Below are positions 11,865 through 24,180 of a DNA stretch of 64,000 nt, piece by piece. Where the stretch lies: assembly GCF_001194135.2 (NCBI RefSeq), contig NC_068982.1, positions 45,490,783 through 45,554,782 on the forward strand, written 5' to 3'. The position numbers were made by a program, and so were the translations under genes. The DNA is from Octopus bimaculoides (lineage: Eukaryota). The stretch's first letter is position 1, and every line of letters begins with the position of its first letter. The notes under the pieces are model-generated. The model did not search any database and was not told where the DNA came from. It saw only the letters and a list, made by a program, of their open reading frames with translations.

Positions 11865-13285
11865 AGCGTCAGTAATGCCATTTTTAATGAGTAGCGAGCG
11901 TCAAGAATTTTAATTGGAAGGAATAGCGTGAGAAGTGCAATTCTAAGGATTAGCGTCATAGATTTTGATAGTAAAGGATCGACAGATTTGAAAATATAGA
12001 AGAGCATCAGGAGATGCAAGTGTAGGATTTAGCGTCGAGCAAGATAGTGGTAACCCTTACCGTCGGGAGAGGTAATGAAAACGATTAGCATTGAGAAAGG
12101 TAATGGTAACGATTAGCGTCGGGAAATGCAATTGCATTGATTAAATTCTTGAATGTTAATGGCAACGATAAGCTTCGAGAAAAATAAATGATGGTATACA
12201 AATGAGCGACGAGATATGTAAGTGTTAGATTCAGCTTGGGGAGACGTAATGGTAATGATTAGCGTCAGGAAATATAATGGTCATAATAAGCGTCGAGAAA
12301 GTAAGTCGTATAGATAAGTGTCGGTAAAATCAAATGTAAGGATTAGCCTCATGAAAGACAATCGTAACGTTTAGCAACGGGGAAGTTAATGGTTTAGATG
12401 AGCGTCGAGAAAGTTACATGTAACGTTTAGAGTTGGTTAATATAATGGTATTGGAAACAATTAGCGTCGGGAAAGGCAAAAGTAATGAGTTGTGTCTTGA
12501 AAGTTAATGGTAACGATAAGCGTCGACAAATTTGATGATATAGATAGAGTCGTGAAATGGAATTGTAAAGATTAACGTCAAGAAATATAAATGTAACGAG
12601 TAGTGTCGTGAAATGTAATGGTAATGATTAGCCCCATGAAATGCAATAGCAACGATTAGGGTCGGCAAAGGTAATAGTAACAAGTACACCGGGAAAGGTT
12701 TTGGTATACATAACTGTCGAGATTAACGTCGGAAAATATAAGGTTACGATAAACTTCGAGAAAATTAATGGTGTAGATAGGCCAATTGTGGAGGCGCAAT
12801 GGCCCAGTGGTTAGGGCAGCGGACTCGCGGTTATAGGAACGCGGTTTCGATTCCCAGACCGGGCGTTGTGAGTGTTTATTGAGCGAAAACACCTAAAAGC
12901 TCCACGAGGCTCCGGCAGGGGATGGTGGCGAACCCTGCTGTACTCTTTCACCACAACTTTCTCTCACTCTTACTTCCTGTTTCTATTGTGCCTGTAATTC
13001 AAAGGGTCAGCCTTGTCAAACTGTGTCACGCTGAATATCCCTGAGAACTACGTTAAGGGTACACGTGTCTGTGGAGTGCTCAGCCACTTGCACGTTAATT
13101 TCACGAACAGGCTGTTCCGTTGATCGGATCAACTGGAACCCTCGACGTCGTAAGCGACGGAGTGCCAACAACAGTAGATAGGCCAGTTATATATATATAA
13201 TTGAGACCAGTCATATATAAGCTGTCGGGGAACGTAATGATGACGGTTAGCGTCGGGAAAGGTAATAATAACGATTAGCGTCCAT
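11865..13285. repeat. Degenerate 28-30-bp minisatellite, consensus about TTAGCGTCGGGAAAGGTAATGGTAACGA
   Basis: Roughly 35 contiguous diverged units, for example ttagcgtcgggaaatgcaattgcattga and ttagcgtcgggaaaggtaataataacga. The array is split by the SINE at 12789-13173. Confidence 0.85.
12789..13173 (+). mobile_element. Full-length family A SINE inserted in the minisatellite
   Basis: Near-identical to 11320-11707. The TSD GTAGATAGGCCA(a/g)TT starts at 12773 and at 13174. Confidence 0.93.
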
Positions 13286-13646
13286 AAACTGTCAATCATA
13301 GGGCATGCTTCCGCTCTAATGCTAAAGCCAGTGTCGTATATGCACACGGGTCCTCCGCAGTCAAAGGTGGCCTATGACCTAATGCAAAGAGCACAGCAAT
13401 ATGACAAAATAAGACAAAAAAAAAACATATCAGTCACTCTCTAGTATCAGTCATTCTTCCTAAGCCACCCTGATACCAGTCACTCTCCTTAAGCCACCTC
13501 ATTTCCCTCACACTAATACTCTCGCACTCTTCCCAGTTTTTCCCATATATATATATGTTTATATATATTTTTTTATATACCAAAAATTTAGCAAAAGAAT
13601 ATAGTATCTGTTAACAATCTTAGCAAAATGCTCACAGTTGAGTTTT

Positions 13647-13693
<47 letters not shown>

Positions 13694-13856
13694 TTTAAAT
13701 AGAGCTCAAAACTGATCCATTGAAAATACTTTAATATAATAATGATAATGAAAAAGACCTATGAACATTTCGATGCAATATCCAGAATGATTCATACATA
13801 TTATAAAATATGGGATACTCCATCTCCTCGGGGTCGCATTATTATTGTTGTTATTA

Positions 13857-13895
<39 letters not shown>

Positions 13896-14114
13896 GTAAT
13901 ATGCAGCCAATAAAAATAGAAAACACTCAAATCCAATTTTCATAGTTGACCCATGAAAATATACAAAACAGGATGAAAAGGTATGAGATGATATACAACC
14001 GTTCATCGTANNNNNNNNNNNNNNNNNNNNNNNNNNNNNNNNNNNNNNNNNNNNNNNNNNNNNNNNNNNNNNNNNNNNNNNNNNNNNNNNNNNNNNNNNN
14101 NNNNNNNNNNNNNN

Positions 14115-14172
<58 letters not shown>

Positions 14173-14424
14173 TATACACATATTGGTGATAACAACAACA
14201 GGAGGTTGTAAACAATACCTTTCCGTGTTCTTTTTTTTATTGTAACTTTCAACTTCGAAATGTACACCTCTTTAGCAACTGCAAGTTACAATGTCACCAA
14301 CTCCTGCTCTGGTGAAACAGAAGTCGTTTTACTGAAAATTAACGGAATAATACATCGGTTTACTGCTTTGAATATTTCTATGACTATCACACACACACAA
14401 AAAAAAAAGAAAAAAAAAGAAAGG

Positions 14425-14741
14425 AAAGAAAATCTCATTCTCTTCTTCTCAGCTTGAAAACAATCTCTTTCATTGATAGCCTTGTGAGTTGATAATTCTC
14501 TTAAGTGTTGTAAAGTTGCAAATGGTGAAATATCAAAGGATCTTACGTTCCATTTTCTCAACAAATATATTCGAAGTTTTACAAATCTCTGATGCAGTTT
14601 GTCATTCTCTTTGGAAAAGTGGATTAAGTTCACTTTAGTCTGTAAGTATTCAGTGAGCCATTCATCATGATTTCTGTTATGTTTTCTTCTGAGAGAATCA
14701 ATGTAATTTTTATAACTTGATTTTATTTCGAGATAATCTTG
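14425..14741 (-). other. Unassigned open reading frame segment of about 105 codons, possibly decayed coding sequence
   Basis: The frame reads QDYLEIKSSYKNYIDSLRRKHNRNHDEWLTEYLQTKVNLIHFSKENDKLHQRFVKLRIYLLRKWNVRSFDISPFATLQHLRELSTHKAINERDCFQAEKKR and is not low-complexity. There are in-frame stops upstream at 14742-14744 and 14760-14762. No family was recognised. Confidence 0.25.
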
Positions 14742-15384
14742 CTAATATTTTATGTCTCTTCAAACATATTCGAACACAGCGTAGTGTTAAGATAAATTTG
14801 TTGCACAAATTAGTTTTCTGGTGTAAATTCTTCGTCAACTACAATGGTTTATAATATGTTTCTTACATCAATCACCAATATTAGGCTATGTTGAGTGCTA
14901 GTATTTTCTTCCAAGCATAAAGTCTGATACCAATGTGACAATATTAAATCTTTCAAAGACAATATGAAATACAATTGCGTTTTAATCTTATATTCTGTTG
15001 ATAAACGATCTGACGGTGTAAGAGAGACAGTAACGCTTCGCATTAAAAGCTTAAAGGTACTTAGTTATATCTTTATATATTATGAATTTCACTCAGCGAT
15101 GCCGATTTTGTCTTTCATGAATCCAGGGTCGACAAAATAAATACTATTAAATAAGTTAGGGAATGTATTGAGATTGATCCGGGCGACTCTGCTATTCCCT
15201 TACCTCAATGTAAGAATTTATACTTGTCCCACGGAGTTCAATATTATATATTTTTATTTAACGACTGAAAATATCTGCGAACATATAACCATATACACAT
15301 GTATCACCCACTTGTGTGTGTCGTATACTTTGAATACAATGCCTTGACATTGGTGGTTTTTGAAGGAAATATAAATACAGTTCG

Positions 15385-16035
15385 TGTGATTAGAAGTTTT
15401 GCTTCACAAGCATATGGTTTCGGGTTCAGTCCCACGGTGCGGAGCCTTGGACAAATGTGTTCTACTTTAGCTTCGAGTCGACCAAAGCCTTGTGTGTGGA
15501 TTTGGTAGACGGAAACTGAAAGATCGATTCCCAGACTGGGCATTGCGTTGTGTTCTTGAACGAAATACTTCATTTCGCGTTGCTCTGTTATCTTTTCGTT
15601 GTCTGACATGTGCAAGTCGTGCACCTATGTGTAGGTTATGTCGATTGGATGAAGAGAGTGAACTTATGTGAACGCAAACATTTGATCAGTATAAACAAAT
15701 CAAATGTGTGGTTGTCCAGCAACAAATTGCAGAGACCTCATCCGACATCTAAAGATGAGAGAGTCCCTCACACGCGCGCACACGCACACACACACACGCA
15801 CACACACATACATGTATTTTATTTATGCGCGTGTGTCTTTGTGCCCCACCTCAGCTTGACAACCGGTGTTGGTGTGTTTACGGCCCTGTAATTTAGCAGC
15901 TCCGCAGAAGTAACAGATAGAATAAGTACCAAGATTTACAAAAAAAAAAAAATACTGGGATCGATTCGTTCGACTAAAGTTCTTCAAGGTGGTGCTCCAG
16001 CATAGCCACAGGGAAATGACTGAAACAAGTAAAAG
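15385..16035 (+). mobile_element. Family B SINE, interrupted by other sequence at about 15525-15770
   Basis: Head ...catatggtttcgggttcagtccc...gtagacggaaactgaaag and 3-prime half gtccccacc...cttgacaaccggtgttggtgtgtttacg...gactgaaacaagtaaaaga. Confidence 0.7.
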
Positions 16036-16577
16036 ATAAAAAATAGAAGTATATAGGCCTACATAGATGTGTGCGTGCGCGTGTTTGTGTTTGTGCGTTG
16101 ATGTACCTGACCGATTACTTTGGNNNNNNNNNNNNNNNNNNNNNNNNNNNNNNNNNNNNNNNNNNNNNNNNNNNNNNNNNNNNNNNNNNNNNNNNNNNNN
16201 NNNNNNNNNNNNNNNNNNNNNNNNNNNNNNNNNNNNNNNNNNNNNNNNNNNNNNNNNNNNNNNNNNNNNNNNNNNNNNNNNNNNNNNNNNNNNNNNNNNN
16301 NNNNNNNNNNNNNNNNNNNNNNNNNNNNNNNNNNNNNNNNNNNNNNNNNNNNNNNNNNNNNNNNNNNNNNNNNNNNNNNNNNNNNNNNNNNNNNNNNNNN
16401 NNNNNNNNNNNNNNNNNNNNNNNNNNNNNNNNNNNNNNNNNNNNNNNNNNNNNNNNNNNNNNNNNNNNNNNNNNNNNNNNNNNNNNNNNNNNNNNNNNNN
16501 NNNNNNNNNNNNNNNNNNNNNNNNNNNNNNNNNNNNNNNNNNNNNNNNNNNNNNNNNNNNNNNNNNNNNNNNNNNNN

Positions 16578-16750
16578 ATACATATATACGACGGGCTTCT
16601 TTCAGTTTCCGCCTACCAAATCCACTCACAAGGCTTTGGTCGGCCCGAGGCTATAGTAGAAGACACTTACCCAAGGTGCTACGCAGTGGGACTGAACCCA
16701 GAACCATGTGGTTGGTAAGCAGGCTACTTACCACACAACCACTCCTACGC
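16578..16750 (-). mobile_element. 5-prime half of a family B SINE; its internal microsatellite runs into an N-gap
   Basis: Reads acgacgggcttctttcagtttccgcctacc...cccaaggtgctacgcagtgggactgaacccagaaccatgtgg...ccacacaaccactcct. Confidence 0.85.
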
Positions 16751-18369
16751 CTAAAACGTCGAATATGTATTACGTAAAAGTAATTTTTGCTCTTCATTTC
16801 AAAATGGCTTCAAAGCCAATTATGTATGACAAAAAGCACAACTAAATCTAAATACGTTATATTACGCAGACATCAACAGTTCCGTGACATTCTTAACAAA
16901 ATCTTATTTTTTCAAAAATAGCCAATTCATAACTACAAATGACTTGCAGATTGTACTGCGTAAAACAGCATTTGCTTGAACTCATTGAAGCGACTACAGG
17001 ATGGTTTATTATCTATTGTATGAAAACTTTCCTCATGGCAGATTATAACAAAGCATCAATTCTTTATAGCAGAGCCTTTTTGTTGACCAGTCAACGTTGA
17101 TGGATGAAAGCGAGAAAGAAACGACGACTCATGAGCTATTCTTAGACTAGTGACCTGTTCTGAATGCTTGAAACTGAATGGGTTCCGCTAAAGAATGGTT
17201 CCACTCGAGGATCAAGCTGCAGCCTTTAGCCACAATACGGTTTAAGCTTCTGTGCATTTCTGGTCTATAACTAACCTATTTGACTCACAAAACTTGGAGC
17301 ATTTCACGGCGAATAATGTACATGCACGTATAAGTCGCAATCTTTAATTTGAAAAGCAAAGAATGAAAGGCAAAGGTGACCTTGACGAAATACTGCAAAG
17401 AATTTCGGCTGGTGTACTAATGATTCAGCTAGCTCGCCGCCTTAATACTTCCTGAAATATTATTAGCAAAGTTACTGCTATTGACAGAAAGTGGAAGGTC
17501 TCTAAGACAATGTTAGCTTCAGAAATATAAACTTATTTTAGTGACGTCAGCTTCTGAACACGCTTTTTCTGGTGTATTGAAAAAAAAAAAGAAAGAAAGA
17601 AAGAAAAGAAAGAAAAGAAAAGAGAAATAATATATTCCAGTATAGATCATAGAATATCTACTTGTCAAAATTAGACACAATAACACTAAAAGAGGAAGCA
17701 CTGACAAAAAAACAAAAAACAAAAAAAAACCCAAAAAGAAAAAAATAAACAAACAAACATCAAAAACTCCCTCAAAGATATAGAAATAATTTATGTTCAA
17801 AAAAAGAAAGAGAAAAGAAGATGGAAGATAATAGGACAGAAAATGACTTTTGAGAAGAGATGAAAAGAAAATAGCAGAAGCAGAAATAGAAAACTACTTA
17901 CAAAAGAGGATAAACATTGCGTAATTTTCAAAAGATGAAACAAACGTTATCTATCTTAGTATAGCTTAGTCTTCCTGCCGAAATAATTTTGTTACGTTAT
18001 TTTCGAGTTATTACTTCCGACAGTGTCAACAACTATTCTGTTAGAAAACGTCGTATACAGTCTTATTTATGTTTTCTAAGTGAAAATAAACATTGGTAAT
18101 GAAATATTAATTTACTTTGAATAATTAGATTGATCTCTCTCAAATTAAGGGTAACTTCCGTTTGCCCTCATATCTTAAGTAAATTCCAAGAGAACCATAT
18201 TTGGAGGTAACTGTTTTATTGAACTGCTTGGTTATGGGACCCGTTAGAAAGTTCAATAGTTAAGCAAAGATGGCATAGAGCCCAGCTGAAGGCGTAACAC
18301 ATAACTAAAGATATTTAGCGCATGCCATTTCCGTCCACCTGGTTATAAATAACAACGTAGAATTGATGC

Positions 18370-18736
18370 TTGTTGGCACTCCGTCGCTTACGACGTCAAG
18401 GGTTCCAGTTGATCCGATCAATGGAACAGCCTGCACTTGAAATTAACGTGCAAGTGGCTGAGCACTTCACAGACACGTGTATCCTTAATGTAGTTCTCGG
18501 GGATATTCAGCGTGACACAGTGTGACAAGGCTGGCCCTTTGAAATACAGGTACAACAGAAACAGGAAGTAAGAGTGAGAGAAAGTTGTGGTGGAAGAGTA
18601 CAGCAGGGTTCGCCACCATCTCCTGCCGGAGCCTCGTGGAGCTTTAGATGTTTTCGCTCAATAAACACTCACAACGGCCGGTCTGGGAATCGAAACCGCG
18701 AGTCCGCTGCCCTAACCACTGGGCCATTGCGTCTCC
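18370..18736 (-). mobile_element. Full-length family A SINE
   Basis: Reverse complement of the 11320 copy. The TSD TAGAATTGATGC lies at 18358-18369 and 18737-18748. Confidence 0.92.
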
Positions 18737-19159
18737 TAGAATTGATGCAGTCTAGTATTAAAAGTGACAGAGTCAGTATATATATATATATATACACATT
18801 TGTGTTGACTTACGATAGTATCTTTCTATAAATATGTACATATAATTACTGCAGTTCAGTGCTAAATGCAGCGGAGACAGTATAGCATTTTGATGTTAAC
18901 TTGCAATACTAGGCCTTCATATGAAACATTGAACAAGAAGTAGACAAGAAAACGAAGAGAAGCCAGATCAAGTATGCAATTGTTTATTTAGTAAATAGTA
19001 ATAAAAATTCTCTGCTCCTCAGATCAATTACTGCTGTATCATGAAGGTGAGGGAAATGCATTGCAACAGGTGAATTATATAAACAACTTTGCAGAGGAAA
19101 AAAAAAGGTCATGACCACAGTTTGAATGCCTGTTCAACAATAGAAATAGCGCAAAAGAA

Positions 19160-19205
19160 CAATGATGACGACAATGACAGCAGCAGCAGCAACAGCAGCA
19201 GCAGC

Positions 19206-19236
<31 letters not shown>

Positions 19237-19261
19237 CTATCACCATTATCATTATCATCAT

Positions 19262-19292
<31 letters not shown>

Positions 19293-19300
19293 AGCAGCAG
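19160..19300. repeat. Compound trinucleotide microsatellite (GAC/CAG/CAC/CAT)
   Basis: Read directly from the sequence. It explains the homopolymer ORFs at 19089-19458. Confidence 0.9.
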
Positions 19301-20024
19301 AAAAGAAAAATGCAAGAAATATACAGATTTCTGAATATCGGGAGATTGTTCTGCGGGCGACATTCAATGGTACGGGAGTTTGCTTGAATCTTTTCTGCTT
19401 GATTGCCAATTTTCAGTCTCTTCAATTCCTGCTCGAATTGATTTCATATTCGGTGTAATGCTATAGTTTTATATGCTAATCAATGGCTTGACATTCATTT
19501 TCGCCATAAATCAATAAACAAAGAGTTCAAATTTTGGGTAATTTTAGCCAGTCGTAAGCTACAGACGCTTTCATGCCTGTTTCCATAGTAACGAACTAAG
19601 CACGAGACCTCTCTTGTCTGCGAGAAAGCACATGTTGACAAATATATTCTATTCACTAATGTAGTGGTGAGATGTTCTAAAAATAACAGCTAAATAGGCC
19701 TTAAATCACACACCACCCATGTCTTTGCTTTGGTTTTTGCCTAATCGTATGAATTCTCGTGTGTAGAACACAAATTCGCTAAAATTTTCTGAAAATTCCA
19801 AAAAATAAAAAGTTACGAGGGGTTATATCGCGTGCGTAAAGTCGAATTCGACTAGTATTTTGTTTACAGTTGACAACACGTGCTGTCATGCACAAAATGG
19901 CAGCTTCCAATTCCTGTTTTCCGACAGGGTCGAAATGATCAAACTTTAAACCACTATAACTTTAAAAAAATTTTTTTTAGAAAAAGTGAGCTATCTCCTG
20001 AGATTCAGCTTGGAAAACTACATT

Positions 20025-20238
20025 CTTTTCTGCTCTAGGCACACGGCCCAACATTTTGGGGGAGGGGGGCCAGTCGATTAGATCGACCCCAATACACAAC
20101 TGGTACTTAACTTATCGACCCCGAAAGGATGAAAGGCAAAGTCAACCTCGGCGGAATTTGAACTCAGAACGAAAAGACAGAAGAAATACCGCGAAGCATA
20201 TCGCCCGGCGCGCTAACCTTTCTGCCAGCTCGCCACCT
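20025..20238 (-). mobile_element. Full-length family D SINE
   Basis: The TSD TTGGAAA(A)CTACATT lies at 20010-20024 and 20239-20252, and the canonical core is present. Confidence 0.9.
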
Positions 20239-21400
20239 TTGGAAACTACATTAATGTACCAAATTTTAGAATTTTCAATAANNNNNNNNNNNNNNNNNNN
20301 NNNNNNNNNNNNNNNNNNNNNNNNNNNNNNNNNNNNNNNNNNNNNNNNNNNNNNNNNNNNNNNNNNNNNNNNNNNNNNNNNNNNNNNNNNNNNNNNNNNN
20401 NNNNNNNNNNNNNNNNNNNNNNNNNNNNNNNNNNNNNNNNNNNNNNNNNNNNNNNNNNNNNNNNNNNNNNNNNNNNNNNNNNNNNNNNNNNNNNNNNNNN
20501 NNNNNNNNNNNNNNNNNNNNNNNNNNNNNNNNNNNNNNNNNNNNNNNNNNNNNNNNNNNNNNNNNNNNNNNNNNNNNNNNNNNNNNNNNNNNNNNNNNNN
20601 NNNNNNNNNNNNNNNNNNNNNNNNNNNNNNNNNNNNNNNNNNNNNNNNNNNNNNNNNNNNNNNNNNNNNNNNNNNNNNNNNNNNNNNNNNNNNNNNNNNN
20701 NNNNNNNNNNNNNNNNNNNNNNNNNNNNNNNNNNNNNNNNNNNNNNNNNNNNNNNNNNNNNNNNNNNNNNNNNNNNNNNNNNNNNNNNNNNNNNNNNNNN
20801 NNNNNNNNNNNNNNNNNNNNNNNNNNNNNNNNNNNNNNNNNNNNNNNNNNNNNNNNNNNNNNNNNNNNNNNNNNNNNNNNNNNNNNNNNNNNNNNNNNNN
20901 NNNNNNNNNNNNNNNNNNNNNNNNNNNNNNNNNNNNNNNNNNNNNNNNNNNNNNNNNNNNNNNNNNNNNNNNNNNNNNNNNNNNNNNNNNNNNNNNNNNN
21001 NNNNNNNNNNNNNNNNNNNNNNNNNNNNNNNNNNNNNNNNNNNNNNNNNNNNNNNNNNNNNNNNNNNNNNNNNNNNNNNNNNNNNNNNNNNNNNNNNNNN
21101 NNNNNNNNNNNNNNNNNNNNNNNNNNNNNNNNNNNNNNNNNNNNNNNNNNNNNNNNNNNNNNNNNNNNNNNNNNNNNNNNNNNNNNNNNNNNNNNNNNNN
21201 NNNNNNNNNNNCAGTTGTTTTTTTTTGTTGTTGCAGTCAATGTTGCTGTTTGGCTCGGATGACGGCCCTACTCATACACACCTATGGTCAAAAATGTCCT
21301 TGCTCTAACCCCATGGTCTTATATTTAATAATACTACTGTAATATGGAGTCGGTCAGTCAAATCTGAGCTTTGTTATAATAATTATTTTTTAAATTTATA

Positions 21401-21682
21401 TTATTTACATTTGACGGATATTTGTCCTAATCTTGTTTGTTGTTAACACAACGTTTCGGCTGATATATCCTCTAGCCTAGGTTCTTATTCCGGAGGTATA
21501 TTTCGATATAATAATAATAATAATAAGTATTATCCAGGTCACTGCCTGGAATCGAACTCGGAATCTTGGGCTTAGTAGCCCGCGCTCTTAACCACTACGC
21601 CACATGCCCGTGGGCATATCCGTCAAATGTAAATAATGTAAATAATGTACATAATTCCTCATCTCTTAAATATAGAACTGTA
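21401..21682 (-). mobile_element. Chimeric element: tRNA-like head, (AAT)n, hammerhead-remnant/PLE-type tail and an inverted tail copy
   Basis: The minus-strand head at 21609-21535 has A-box TGGCGTAGTGG and B-box GAGTTCGATTCC. The tail contains GGCTA..CAGCC-GAAAC. Segment 21401-21421 is the reverse complement of 21616-21636. A second copy is at 52369. Confidence 0.75.
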
Positions 21683-22269
21683 TTATTTTTTTTTTGTTAT
21701 GGAGTAAGATATGGTCTAAGTGGCATTGTTGTCATTCGCTGTCTTGTCTGATGAAAAGTTATTATTCTTCTCTAACCCCAAGGTGACTCTCAAATGGAGA
21801 AAATGTATCCCTTTTGGGGGCTATCTAAAATTACATTATCACATGAGGCATTCTCTTCAACGGCAGTATGGTTTAAAAGAAAATTAGTCATTATTTCAGG
21901 TAGGCTGAGTAAAGAATTAGAAATTATCAAGCGGACTCTAAGTCATCTTAAACAGTAGGGGATGTTTTTACCTTTCCTGTATATGTTCAAATATTTTGGT
22001 TATTGAGACAACTGCATCATATAAGAGAAATACCCTGTTATAATTCATTGTTATGGCAGTTTTTTCCAACTGAATACTAGATTTTTGGATTAACTTACGC
22101 TACAAAATTTCATGATTATAATGAAAGGAAAAAACTGTTTATTTCGTTACTTACATTTTCACCCACATCTGGCAATGATCCTGAAATGGTTAAAGGCTAC
22201 ATCGACTTTGGAGTGAAGATGGTGAATATGACTCGAAAACAACTGTCACTATGCAATTTTTCCGACACA

Positions 22270-22507
22270 TTGATTCCTGTCAACTTTTATTCTTTTACTT
22301 GTTTCAGTCATTTGACTGCGGCCATGCTGAAGCACCACCTTGTACACACACACACACACACACACACCTATACGCATACCCCTCATATTTATTAATATTT
22401 ATCAGAAGTAACAGAGTGACTCAAGGTACAAAAGTTTCGTGCGTTGGCACTTAAATATACATATACTCATATTTTGAGCTCTATTGTTGCTGTTTGCATC
22501 AGCATAC

Positions 22508-22546
<39 letters not shown>

Positions 22547-22812
22547 ACGGGGATGTAAATAAACCAGTACCGGTATTCAAACGGTGGTGGGGGACAAACA
22601 AAGACACAAGGTCACAAACGCCTATACACATACTCACAGACACAAACACACACACATACGACAGGTTTCTTCCCGTTTCCGCCAACCAAATCTACTCACA
22701 AGATTTTGGTCGGCTCGAGATTATAGAAGTCACTTGCCCAAGTTGCTACGCAGTGAGATTGAACCCGGAACTATGTGGTTGGGAAGCAAACATCTCGCTA
22801 CAGAGTCACGCC
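22270..22812 (-). mobile_element. Family B SINE (degenerate, interrupted)
   Basis: The tail ttttacttgtttcagtcatttgactgcggccatgctg is at about 22290 and the head piece gaacccggaactatgtggttgggaagc at about 22760. Confidence 0.75.
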
Positions 22813-23004
22813 TGAAAGGTGTATACTTCCTTACTACACAGATTTATATGCATAGCACATTTTCATGACATCACATGATTCACAGGAAAAACGTATATGA
22901 ACTTACAAATTCTATGGAGGAAGTGTGGCATCAAAAATCTATGAAATCCCATATATAATTATATGCACATATTCAAACATGAGCAAAACGCATGTTGCAG
23001 AGGG

Positions 23005-23288
23005 TATTGTTGGTTGTTAGCACTCCGTCGCTTACGACGTCGAGGGTTCCAGTTGATCCGATCAACGGAACAGCCTGCTCGTGAAATTAACGTGCAAGTG
23101 GCTGAGAACTCCACAGAGAGAAAGTAATGGAGCAAGAGTACAGCAGGGTTCACCACCATCCCCTGCCGGAGCCTCGAGGAGCTTTTGGTGTTTTCGTTCA
23201 ATAAACACTCACAACGCCCGGTCTGGGAATCGAAACCGCGATCCTATGACCGCGAGTCCGCTACCCTAACCACTGGGTCATTGCGACT
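23005..23288 (-). mobile_element. Family A SINE with an internal deletion
   Basis: Head and tail match the 11320 copy. About 100 bp of the body is missing at about 23115. Confidence 0.85.
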
Positions 23289-23820
23289 CCCCTGCAGGGG
23301 GTATATATATATTGTAAACATCATCGACAATCATACTCAATGTATGTGTTTTATTTGTTCGCTGCTTCGCTGCAGTATGGCGTTTAGGAGACGACTCCCT
23401 CATCGCTGGGTGTTAAGACACATGACAGTCATAGATAGGCAAGACAACACNNNNNNNNNNNNNNNNNNNNNNNNNNNNNNNNNNNNNNNNNNNNNNNNNN
23501 NNNNNNNNNNNNNNNNNNNNNNNNNNNNNNNNNNNNNNNNNNNNNNNNNNNNNNNNNNNNNNNNNNNNNNNNNNNNNNNNNNNNNNNNNNNNNNNNNNNN
23601 NNNNNNNNNNNNNNNNNNNNNNNNNNNNNNNNNNNNNNNNNNNNNNNNNNNNNNNNNNNNNNNNNNNNNNNNNNNNNNNNNNNNNNNNNNNNNNNNNNNN
23701 NNNNNNNNNNNNNNNNNNNNNNNNNNNNNNNNNNNNNNNNNNNNNNNNNNNNNNNNNNNNNNNNNNNNNNNNNNNNNNNNNNNNNNNNNNNNNNNNNNNN
23801 NNNNNNNNNNNNNNNNNNNN

Positions 23821-24122
23821 CTTAGTGCATTCCGCTCACGATCGTAAGGTCGTGAGTTCAGTTCCCGGTGACGCGTTGTGTCCTTGAGCAAGACGCTTTA
23901 TTTCACGTTGCTCCAGTCCACTCAGCTGGCAAAAATGAGTAGTATCTGTATTATAAAGGGCCAGCCTTGTCACACTCTGTGTCACACCGAATCACCCTGA
24001 GAACTACGTTAAGGGTACACGTGTCTGTGGAGTGCTCAGCCACTTGCACGTTTATTTCACGAGCAAGCTGTTCCGTTAATCGTATCAGCTTGGACCCTCG
24101 TCGTCGCAACTGACGGAGTGCT
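23821..24122 (+). mobile_element. SINE with a V-type head and the OR2-type tail
   Basis: Same architecture as 7821-8141 but on the opposite strand. The start lies in the preceding gap. Confidence 0.8.
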
Positions 24123-24125
24123 TCA

Positions 24126-24177
<52 letters not shown>

Positions 24178-24180
<3 letters not shown>

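Noticed and set aside
11865-13285. Regularly spaced ~29-bp repeats as a CRISPR array
   Set aside because: The units are contiguous and degenerate with no unique spacers, there are no cas genes, and the context is eukaryotic.
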